A DNA stretch of 64,000 nucleotides from Lama glama (taxonomy: Eukaryota): assembly GCA_028534125.1 (NCBI GenBank), contig CM052817.1:83330001-83394000 (forward strand). The letters run 5' to 3'. A model generated the notes under the pieces. That model was not told where the DNA came from, did not search any database, and saw only the letters and a program-made list of their open reading frames with translations. A program made the position numbers and the translations under genes. Below, piece after piece: positions 52,876 to 64,000 of this stretch (position 1 is its first letter; each line of letters starts with the position of its first letter).

Positions 52876-53887
52876 TGAAACTATCTTAATGGTATCTTGA
52901 CAGAAGAAAATTTCTGCTAATGAAATAACTAAGAATGAGAGCCAAGCTACTCTATGAAATGCAAAGAAAATTAAACATCTTTTATCAAAAAACACAAATA
53001 AGCTGAACTTTTCACAATAAAAATATATAGTTTCATCTCTTTAGAAAGGTCAAGTCATTATACTTAACCACTTGTCACTTCTGAGTGTACAGGAAGATGT
53101 TATGAACCAAAGACTCCTCTCTCCAGAAAAAATTCAGTAAATCTGGACAGTATGTAGGCCTCTTGGAGGTCCATGAGCCTGTGCATCTTTACAGGGGAGA
53201 GAATCAGAACCAGTCAAGATTCTTTGCCTCATTACTTCAGTCTTAAACTAATCTATGAAATCAACGCATACATTTGAAGATATTTTGAGTTGTGGAAATT
53301 ATGTTTTGAGTACTTAAAGAGGCAAATGAATTTTTCCCATTTTGCCTAGTTTAGATTAAAGCTACTGGCATCATAATTAAATATCAGTAAATGTAATTAT
53401 ATTTTAGTGCATTTTTACCAGAATTTCCTCAAATAATTGTGTTTATGGAATTTGGCAGGTTGGCATATTCTCCTTTCCAACCCTCTTTCTACCCCCAGCA
53501 TGCTGAGCAGATCTGATATACAAAAACCAAGTTCCAAGAACTTCAAGCACACAGTTCCATTAATTCAGTGTCTGTACTGTACATAAAGCTGGCAAATATT
53601 TTTCCCTTCATGCAACTAAGTATGTGACATTGTAGTGTCAGTCTCAACTTAGGACTAACATATGGAGTTGCCTTTCCTTCATCCATCTTCAGTTCTAGGA
53701 CATACTGATGATCAGCCTTCTAAACTACAAAATCTATGCCTTAGTCAAAAGCACCCTCAAATGGAGCAGATCCGTCTTGCTTAATACAGAACACTTTGAA
53801 ACTCCTATGGGAGGTAGGGGAGAATATGCAGGAGAGAGGGTAACATCAGCTTTCTACCACAACCGCTCTCTCTCTCATAATGACATT

Positions 53888-54275
53888 TTCTTTTTTGAAG
53901 TGAGTATTACATACACTGATACACCCAGATCTTAAGTACATAATTCAATAAATTTTGAAAAAAGTATAGGCCCATGTAACCAACACCCCAATCAAAATTT
54001 AGAACATGCACATCAAGCCCAGAAAGTTTGCATGGAACCATTCTAGTCTCTCCCTGTGCCCCCACAGGCAACCACTGTTCTGATTTCTAACACCATATAT
54101 TAATCTGACCATTCATGAACTGCATGTGAATGCATACAGAATTTAGTTCTCTGTATGTTTGGCTTTTTCTCTTCAAAACAATTGTTCTGAGATTCATGCA
54201 TACAGTTTTATGTAATCATAGTTTGCTCTATCTTTTTGTCTCTCAGTGGATTTCCCACATGTATTTGGTATTCTG
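53888..54275 (-). mobile_element. Old L1 (L1ME-type) 3'UTR
   Basis: ccatgtaaccaacaccccaatcaaaatttagaacat, caggcaaccactgttctgatttcta, ttctgagattcatgcat. Confidence 0.8.
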
Positions 54276-54299
54276 CAGTTGTTGGGTAGGAAGAAAATG

Positions 54300-54860
54300 C
54301 CCACGGAGAAGCGAATTAAAGAGAAAGAGGAGAGAGCAAGAGTGAGAGGGAAAAGAGAGGAAAGAAGAGGTGAGGAGCCTGTCATACTAATGCTAAAGTG
54401 GTAGACAGAAAAATAAAGTTTATAAGGAGAATATGGCAGCACTCGGAGAGGTAGAGAAGAATCTGAAATAGGAAACAATTTTAGAGAATGGGTAAGTGTT
54501 GTAATATGCTATAAACAGAGCAAGGAAAGTAAGGACTGAAAAGTACCCACTGTATTTAGCGATTCCACAGGTACGAGAAACTTTGGTGTGAGCAATTTCA
54601 ATAGTCAGGTGAAGGTGAAAGACAAACAATCATTGATCCATGCAGTAGTAAATGGGACATAATAGTTTAGACAATCTTTTGCAAGGAAATAAAGAAGGGA
54701 AACTGACACAATAGCTAAATGGAAAACCAAAGTAGAGAGAGAAATTTCTAACATAGGTGAGTATATATAGTTGAAGGGTGGGACCCTATAATCTAGGATT
54801 GATGGAGCAAGACCCCAGAAAGGGTAGCAATCTCAGCTGGGAAGAGGTAAGGAGCAAGGA
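54300..54860 (-). mobile_element. L2 remnant
   Basis: Purine-rich; gtaaggactgaaaagtacccactgtatttagc, tgagcaatttcaatag, tagacaatctttt. Confidence 0.55.
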
Positions 54861-54864
54861 ATGA

Positions 54865-55095
54865 AGCTGACAATTGTTGATAGTATGCTGGATTCCACGC
54901 ACTTGCTCATTCATATAAATGCATTATCTTATTTAATCAACCCCATCAAATGGTTACTATCCTCAACTTGCACATGAGGACACTTTTTAGACTATAAATA
55001 ATTCAACCATTGTTCCTCAGCTAGGAAGTTGCAGGACCATGTTTCAAACTTTGTCTGTACAGTGCCAAAACACATGGTTTACACTGCACTGTCCC
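54865..55095 (-). mobile_element. MIR SINE
   Basis: cattatcttatttaatc...tactatcctcaacttgcacatgagga...cagctaggaagttgcaggaccatgtttcaaac. Confidence 0.65.
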
Positions 55096-57052
55096 TTCCT
55101 CCAAAACGGGAGAAAAACATCCAGATAGACAAATGTGAAAGTGGTGAATATGGGAGTGTGAACCTCTGATCACCACAATTTTCTCTGATGAAATTACTGA
55201 CAGTGTTTGGACTGTTGATGGAAAGGGATCTTCAGGGGACTCATGAAATCTGGAACAGTGCTTCTAATTTTCTGAGTTCAGACCAGAGGCAGGGCTCATT
55301 TAAAATGGAGCTAAGGAGAGAAACAGAAGAATTTGTAGAGATTCCAAACCTTATCATTTCAAGATATCTTCCCCTTGCATTAAGAAACTAAGATGAAAAA
55401 GGGAGGCTACCCTGTACTAGATACCTCAATAATATTTGAAAATAGGACGGCTGTCACAGAGAAATGATGCTTGAAGGAAGACTGCCGTGGGAGAAGAAAG
55501 GGCTAGTGATCCCATCACGAAATACTATTTAAGCAACATTCAATAGGTAAATTAGGGACTTGGTTAGGTAATTTAGGTGCATCTTAAAGAGCTCCAGAGC
55601 TACCTGAGAGTGAACAGCCCAGTGAGAAGTAGAGTTAAATTTGTGTGAGATACTCCCAGTGGTTGCCCTCTCTCTTACTAGCAGAGGAAGGAACTTGGAT
55701 GTGACCAGGGGAGATGAGTAACTGATCTATTAAAGTTTAGCTTCCCTACTTATATTGCTAGGCTAGTAAGTGACGGGGTGCCTACAGAGATTAGGGGAAG
55801 AAAAGATAAGGAGAAGATAAAATATATATACTCAGCAATCTCTGCATCTTGGACATTTGTGTGCGAAAATAGCTCTGCTTTCAACAAATAACAAACTATG
55901 GAAAATACTATAATAAGTGCATTCGACTCTAACAAGCTTAGTACTAAAATTGTCGGCTCTCTCAGCACGTCAGAGTGATTGGTAAAGCAGGAAATCTGCT
56001 TTAATTGGGAAAGCTAATATCCACTTTGTGCTACAAGTAAGACATAGGCAGAAAATGCTCTATGATCACAATCAATTCAGAGCTCTTCTATAATGACAAA
56101 TTGGGAGAAAGAGGCCAGATTCTATGTGGATAAATGCAGATGCCAAAATCTAACAAGCTGCAAAGTTTGAGCTATGTTAATGTGGAACTATGTTAATACA
56201 GACAGGCAAGTGATTGTCTGGAACAGTGGCAGCCCTAATTTTGATATGCAAGGGACTTAAAAGACTGAATCTGGAATCCTGAAATGGAATTTACATTAGA
56301 AACACACTGTAGTTAGATGATATGTTTACGTAGGGTGGCTTTTTGGACACTGGAATTAAGAAGAGTGAAGCCCCTTTCCAAACCACCTTTGAATACCACC
56401 ATAAAACTGGAAATGATATTAGCAAAATACTACTATCTAGTAAAAATAATGGGCATCAACTTTTAATCATCAACATACACTTCCCCTACTCAACAAAAGA
56501 AAGGTTTCAGGCCTCAAGACCCAAATACTGACTTCATCACTTTTCTGAGACAGAATCTAGGAGATACTTATATTATTGAGTATTAAGTGGTCTACTACAT
56601 GATATGCTTGAAACTCACATTAGAGCTACACACAATATGGGCCAATATATGCAAATGGCTAATTGTCAAGCCTCCAGGGAAAGAGATTCCCACTTTGAAC
56701 CCCATGGTGATATTTCAGCAACCCTATTAGAAAGAACAATTATTTCATAATTCCCATGTTTAAGAACAAGTATGATTTTTCCCTGTGATGTTGTCTAAAA
56801 CCTATTAACTTGTCAGTGTCCCCACTAGGATTAATTCATCAGTAGCATTGAATTAAGAAGCATTTGTATCCATTGTTTTGCTAACATCTTGTTGTCACTC
56901 CACGTGATTCAAAGAGTAGTAGTAATAGAAACCTGTATAACATACGAAATATCAGAGACTCACAATATCAATGGTGGTTGCCAAGGCCCAAGTGAGTTAA
57001 TGCTCCAGGGACCAGAATCAAATCTCAGCTATTAAGCATCCCTGAAAATTGG

Positions 57053-57596
57053 TGTGGAGCCAGTTCAAAATGGCCCCAACGATCCAACCTCCCTGTATTC
57101 ACACTGTGTGTAGTCCCCTCCCACACTTCACCAGGCTGGCCTGTGACACCAGTGGAATACTACAGAAGTGCAAGTGGGATACTTCCAAGGCTAGATCATA
57201 AAAGACAGCAGGGTGTCTGCCCTGGTCTTTCTTGGATCACTCACTCTAAAGGAAATAGGTATCAATGTCTTGAAAACACTCAAGCAGTCCTATGGTAAGG
57301 TCTCCACAGAAAGGAATTGAGGTCTCCCACCAACAAACAACTCAGACTTAAAAGCCATGTGAATGAATCACCTTGAAAGCAGATCCTCCACCTCTAGTCA
57401 AGTTTTTAAATGACAGTAGCCTGGGCTAATATCTCAATACCTCCTCATTGGAGACATCTGAGCTAGAACTGCTCCATTAAGTGCTCCCAAATTCCTGACC
57501 CAGAGAAACTGTGAGAGTGAAAAAAAAAATCTTTATTATTGTCTTAAGCCATTTTATTTTATGGCAACTTGTTACACAGTAATAATAACTAATACA
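57053..57596 (+). mobile_element. MaLR solo LTR (MLT1F-like)
   Basis: tgtgg...aaaatggccccaacgatcc, acttccaaggctagatcataaaagaca, ccaaattcctgacccagagaaactgtgaga; ends ataactaataca. Confidence 0.88.
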
Positions 57597-60500
57597 AGTG
57601 AGTTTTATCCTTTCCACCCTTACGACCCTAGTCTGAGTTAAGTGATTCATCTCTGTGTTTCCCCAATGTCCCATGTTCATATCTACTGTGTCATTTATCA
57701 TCTGCTATTGAAAATGTTTGCTTATCTGCTTCCTCTTTGATACATTGTACCAAGTCAGCAACTGAAAGCCAGGGAAGACAAATGTTGATGAACCAGCAGA
57801 GACAAGTAAAACCGGATACTTCAGGCTGGTCACAGTTTCAGGAGCAGTCTCACTCAGCAATAACCTTTTCAGATAAGAGTCACAGATGCTAATCCAAAAA
57901 CAAATTCAATTTGAACTCAGTGGAAAAGTACCTAGCACTTAAAAATGGGCTCAAAATAAGGTTAACTGAACACTTATTGGACAAATGAAATAAGTTGATC
58001 TCAGAAGGTTTTTTACATTCACTTCAGACAGCAATATTTGTAGAAGGGCATCATTCTAAAATGAAGCATAATATACAGAATATTTACATTTCACCAAAAT
58101 ACACATTTATTAAAAACAACCATTATTCAGAAGGGCAGCTACCCACCATAGCAGTAGTATCATTAAGCATCTGTCTACTGCACTATCATGTCCCCAAAAT
58201 CACGCATGGATTCCTGATGCAGAATAGGGGCAGAGTAAAGATTTGTGGGAAGACTCAAAAAACCTGGAAATATTTTCAGTTTCCCTCACTAAGCTTCTTC
58301 CACATGACGGAAATGCAACTATAACCAGGCTTCCAGAACAACCACCAGGCTAATTCCATGAGCAGTATAGCATCAGGTCTGGGCCTGAGGATTTTCATTT
58401 ATACATTCCTGATCACAGCTCTATCTGAATGTCCAATCTAGCATCAACCAAATATCATCCTGTCTATTATCACACCTTGGTTTGAGAATCTAGGAGATAT
58501 ATGATTTGCAATAGGCAAAAGCAGGTTTTACATTTCTCAAAATTGATCCTCTTTCCAAGGGGCCATGTGAAACCCTCAGGCACCTCTGAGTCTGACTCCA
58601 GCCATCCAGACAAGATGTATCTGACATAGGGAAGCCCAGTGCCACCTCAGTGCCATCCCCTGGCACTTCTCCAAGAATCAGACACACCCAAAGCAGGATG
58701 TGAAAGGAAACATTTCAAATGACAGTTTCATTCAACTACCTCTGAATCCCTCGTTGGTGACTGATAAATCACAACATAAGTGATTCTTTTTAATTTCCAG
58801 ACTGCTAAGGAGTCCTGTTCATTTCTCTCTATGGTAACTAGTCTAGTCTCACCAGCAATCGAAAAAATCTGCACAAAATAATGTTTTTCCATCATCCAGA
58901 GCTGTTGCAATGTTGAGAACCATAAAATACTGAATATGTGCACTTAGTTCCCAAATCCGTAATAATACTATTGTGCCAAATTCTCATTCTATGCACTGCT
59001 CTCAAAATTCCCCCTGAGTATGGAATAAAATGAGAATCTAGTCTGATACTCTGTTTCAGACATGAAGACTTTTACCTAAGGATTTCAAAGCATGTTATAA
59101 CTGAGGTTAAATGATTTGTTGAAGGCTACTCAACAAATCAGCAGATTACATCCAAATAACTTAGCTCTAAATTCCACTTTTTTTCCAAAGTACAGTTATC
59201 TGGGATTTGTTGTAGTGGCACTAGAATTGCATGATGTACTCACTGATCAATGATTCGTTCTTATCCACTCTTATTAAAAGAATGACCACACAATCTTACC
59301 CCTCCCCCAAAAACAAATTTAAAAGTTCCTTTTCAGCAAAAAGGCAACAGAATTAGTCTAAACCTACTATTGAGCAAATATAATCTTGCTTCATATAAAA
59401 TTGACAAGAATATGTTACAAGAGAAAAGTTAAGTCTTCAACATGAAATTGGATCTAAATGGACCTCCTTCCTTCCATCCTGAGTATGTGAGTCCATTATA
59501 CTCATAAATATGGCTGTTTGGTCCTCTCAGTTGCCTTGAAACACAACTGACAGATGTAATTTGAAATCACTATCAATAAAACCTGGAGCCATATTTTAGA
59601 CACATGAAACTTTATGTGTTATTTCTCATATCTAAGAAAGAATTCTCTATTTTACTCATTCCATATAATTTTCCCCAAAATAATGACTTTAAGCATGAGT
59701 TATACTTAGTCTTTGAAAACACAAAGTTGTTACCAATCTGAAGCGGTAACTCTTCCAGATTTTAGATTATAATTTCAAAAGTTATTCTCTAACAAAGAGA
59801 ATTATAGAGCCAGCTGATTACAAAGATTTGGATCATCTGGTAAGACTTGTGTCCAAAAGAACAGATTGCAACTCTGAACATCTAAGCTCAAAATAAAAAG
59901 TCATTCTGGTCGTCCCTGAAATTTAAGCCTTCAAATCAACCTATTCAAAAAGAACCTAGTCAATGTGCTTGATCAAAATGCCCAGATTAATTTGGTAACA
60001 ATAGGCAAGAAAGCCCTAGAATAAGATAAATACAATTTCTAAGTACTGCAACTTCTTGAATTTTCCTACAGTCTCACATTCAATCAACAATCTATATTAA
60101 TTAATTTTTCAATTATAAAAAAATAGGGAGTATATATTCAAGTATAAATGAATTTTAATCATCTGGATATTCCCCAGTAGATGAAAGACGTACTCTATAC
60201 ATACACCTGAGATATAATTATTATTGACAGTAAATACAGTAAGTCTTTCTTGGATAATTTTGAGGATTTGATACATATTCTAATGGGAATATAAAAATGT
60301 TAGTGCTAATGTTACTTACATCTATGATGTGCAACATTAAATTAGCAGTAGATAATGTGTTTGGTTCCCAAATGTTCTCAAGTGTACATTTAAAAAACAG
60401 TATAAAAACACAATAGCAAAATTGAAATAAAAAGATGAATAGAAAATGTGATGATACCCTGACAGAACACTACAACCAATTCTTACAAAGCTAACCAGCT

Positions 60501-60726
60501 TTGAAAAGCATCAGGGAATTCAAGAGAAATGTATAGTTTTCAACTAGAATGATTCAAGTCATTCACTCTTTATAGTGTGGTCTCCCCAAGCTACAGTGAG
60601 TTCATGAAACCTAAAACCAAGTTTTCCACCGGAGCACTTTTTTCAAAAAGAAATTTAAAAGCAACAACAAAAACAAAAACTTTAGCATATTTTTCATCCA
60701 AAAACAAAGTTTCCATTTTTTGTATC

Positions 60727-61170
60727 TGTATCAATTAGCTTTTGCTTGCATACAAAATTACCCCAAAACTCAATGGCTTGAAATAACATTTTTATTTCTT
60801 ATGATTCTAAGGGTTGGCTGAGCAGACCTTCTGGTCTATACCAGCTTGGCTGGCACTGAGCAATCTACAATAGCTCACTCACATGTCTGAGGGTTGGCAG
60901 GCTTGTTGACCTAGGGAAACCATAGCTAGGAGAGCTTGTCTCTATTCTGTGTGGTATTTCATCCTGAGACACAGCAGTCTCAGGATGGTAGAGAACAGCA
61001 AGATAGAGTAAGCTCCAGTATGCAAGCACTCTTCAAACACCTGCTTGAATCAAATTTCCTAGCATTCAGTTAACCAAGGTAAGTTATGTTATTAAACCTA
61101 GAGTAAAGGGCAGAGAAAATAGACTCCATTTTTTATATATTTGTGTCTTCTTTTTTCAACTAACCACAGT
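60727..61170 (-). mobile_element. MaLR solo LTR (MLT1H-like)
   Basis: tgtatcaattagcttttgct...accccaaaactcaatggcttgaaataac, gctcactcacatgtctg, gcaagcactcttcaa, aaatagactcca. Confidence 0.8.
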
Positions 61171-64000
61171 ATCTTCAACTTTATATCAAAAGCCTTGTTT
61201 AGGATTTAAGACATAGGGAAATTTTTCTTAATTCCAATGTTAACGTTGCTTCTCCACTTCTGAATTGATGCTGTAATCTTTCTTCCTGTTTTACGGTCTT
61301 CATTTCTTTTCTTTCTCTCCCAACCTTCCCCAGAATATCAAATAAAGAGAGAAGCTAACAAGGTAATGGAAAATACCGAGATTAATGAGAGAAAAGACAG
61401 GACTATTATGAAATCCTTTATTTTATATTTCAAGCCAAAAGAAAAACCATCTTAAAATTTCTAATTTGCTTTATATCCCATGGATGTGACCCTAGTACAG
61501 GTCTGGTGTTCAGAAAAAAACAATACTAATAATGATACTAGTAGCTGAAATTGACAAAACAGAACAAATTTGAGATCTAGGGTGGGCAAATTACTTTTAC
61601 GTCAAATAATGAAAAGTGGGTGTTTTCTTAACATTGCAAAAAAATATATGTTATCCCTAATATGGAAGAGTAAGGTAATCCAATTTTTTAAAAAACACTA
61701 TTCAGAAGCAATAATTCAAAAGCTAATGCCAAACATAATTCAGCTTGCTCTGCTAATATTATTTGAGTAATGAAAACCTAGTTTTCAGAAAAAACATCTA
61801 ATATGGCGGCAGCCATTCTGTTTAACACAATCTGAACAAGAACACTTCATCATGGGTAAGTCACAAGAAAGAGTTTCATTACCATCTAATGGCAATTAAA
61901 TAACCACTAACATCGTTGGTAGGAAATGTCTTTCATCACCATTTCAGATTTCATGAAATAGCAGGAAACGTGATTTTGTTATTGTAGTGGTAATGCAGTT
62001 AGGGTGTGTAACAGTCTCATAAAAGTAAAAACAGAGTTTGAGATTTAATGACAATCACCATCACTTTTTTGTTTGAGACAAAGTAACTATATGCATTTGA
62101 TCAAACCTCCAACCAGACTTGTAAGGCATCTTTTTCTTGTCAGTGAAACCAGTTTACTCTGTCATAGAATTGATTATTCCAACCTAATAATAAATGCAGT
62201 CAGCAGTGTGATTTAAAGTAGAATTGTGCATGTGGAAGTAAGAATAACACATACATTTTTCTACTGGTATCTTAAGATAATCACATTTCTTACTTTTGCC
62301 TTTAAACCCACTCCTAAACTTTTTCTTTTATTTGGTCAATATATAATAGAATCTTCATGAAATGCTTTTACCTTGCATTTACCAAAATGCAAAATAACAT
62401 ATAATTTTGTGATATTTCATTTAATTCAGTAATTGTTTCCATATTTTTTGGCTCTCTCTGGTTAGTGTCAAACTGTTTCGATTATTAGCTGATGAAAATG
62501 AGGAAATTTTTTTCCCCTCAAGAAAGTATTCAGCTTTCATTTAATAAATGTTATTTCCTCTGATATCACGGCTTGCAAGCACTTCTTAACCATTTAATTC
62601 ATGTGCTTCACATTTCTGACTTTACTACAAAATAATCCTATGTGGAAGTTTATCTCTACTCCCAAAGGAAATTTTATCCACTGGCAGCTATGGTATCCTT
62701 CAGAATGTAAAGAAAAGAAGACCACCATGATTGCACAAAATATTAAGGGGCTTTTATTCTCTTAAAAATGTAAAAATCCATAGACAAAGGAGTGGATGGT
62801 ATATTGTAATTACTCTTCTTAAACTGTGGCAGGGTAAAACAATTAGCCAATCTTAAAATAAAAATTTCCTTATGCCAAAAAATCAAATAAGATAAATATG
62901 ACTAGAAATATTTTATAATCTTGTTTATTTATTTATTTATACTCAGTTTTGTTGATAAGTTTAGAGTAGAAAGCATGGAAAATTTTATATCTCCTGTAGG
63001 CTTCAAACACCTTGGAAGGCTAATCAGTGTTTGAAGTTTTTTTAAACTTCTACAGAAGCAAGATCCAGATTGTAATTTACAAAGGTTCTCAATGCAGAAA
63101 GGAAAATGGCCAAGAAGATATCTCAAATCTCATCTAGCTTAAAATTTGGCTCTCAAGTGTCCTGTTACGGAACCACCTTTTTATGCATCTACCCCCAGCA
63201 ATTAACCTTTTACTCCCTTTCCTCCTTCCTTTACCTCTAAAGCTAATAGCACTTAAAATCAATTTCAAATGAAGACTCAAAGGAGATTACAACAATCCCA
63301 ACTTCCTGATTATGAAGAAGCTCACTCACATATATACACACACTTTGCTGAGAGCACAGGCCACTGTCACTCACTCTCAGAAAAATCCATTCCTATCATC
63401 CAATTTATGCCTGTTCTAGCCTAGAAAAGACAGTATTTAGACTCATGGCTGTTTCCATAGTAATCTTTAAGTTTTTGACAGATCATTTTTCCTGGTTTTT
63501 TCTGCAAAGCAGTTCTAGAATTCTGAAGTCAGTACTGCCACCACCTGAATTCTAGGGAATCCTTTGACCTGAGAAGTCCCAGGGTCAGAGGAGTCAGCCA
63601 AGTCTCATGGAAGTCAAAAATCTACTTCTCACAAATTTGAATAGCTTAGGAGCAGTCATGAATATTAGGGCAAATTCCAGGGGGTATCCACCTCAGAAGC
63701 ATATTCCATCAGGAGAAGCCAAGGAAAAGGGCTAGTAGAGGAAAATTAAAGGTTCTTACTCCTTACGTTAGAATGAGTTCTAACATTAAACTCCACCTAC
63801 TTACATAATTTTTAGGTATAAGAAATGCCAGTTGGATATATATTACATGTTTTAATTCCATCATGAGCTATATGTTGAATGAATTCCACTGTTAACATAG
63901 AGAAATATGGTAAAATGGAATCATAAAAAGTTTCATCTCTTTCCACCTATCTTATTTTCAATACAAAGGGGAAAATAAATATCATTATGGGGAAAGAAAT

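Noticed and set aside
1..64000. CRISPR array, operon or prokaryotic/viral defence system
   Set aside because: No repeat-spacer array and no gene-dense ORFs; the sequence is mammalian repeat-rich DNA, and the only RT is decayed L1 ORF2.

Overview
Mammalian, AT-rich, CpG-depleted non-coding DNA. It is most likely camelid (alpaca/llama/camel), because it contains a Vic-1-type tRNA-derived SINE and young artiodactyl-type L1 3' ends. I found no convincing host protein-coding exon, RNA gene or prokaryote-type system. All recognisable ORFs are broken L1 ORF2 pieces; the rest are antisense-L1, low-complexity or N-gap artefacts. Much of the window is layered transposable elements: ancient L2/MIR/L3, MaLR/ERVL solo LTRs, Tigger/MER20, old L1M and young L1s. 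Repeat family names come from my recall of consensus sequences and need RepeatMasker/Dfam confirmation. The most unusual structure is the L1 at ~34.3-37.4 kb. Its 5'UTR is fused directly to mid-ORF2, a perfect 45-bp inverted copy of its own 5'UTR sits inside ORF2, its 3'UTR has a snap-back duplication, and it hosts a nested L1 tail. Also notable: a young L1 with a tandem double 3' end, a twin-primed L1 that reveals a probably false 500-N gap, and a TE-poor right end with candidate regulatory motifs. A+ strand A-skew (judged by eye) and mostly + strand L1s hint at a large intron of a minus-strand gene, but this is unproven.
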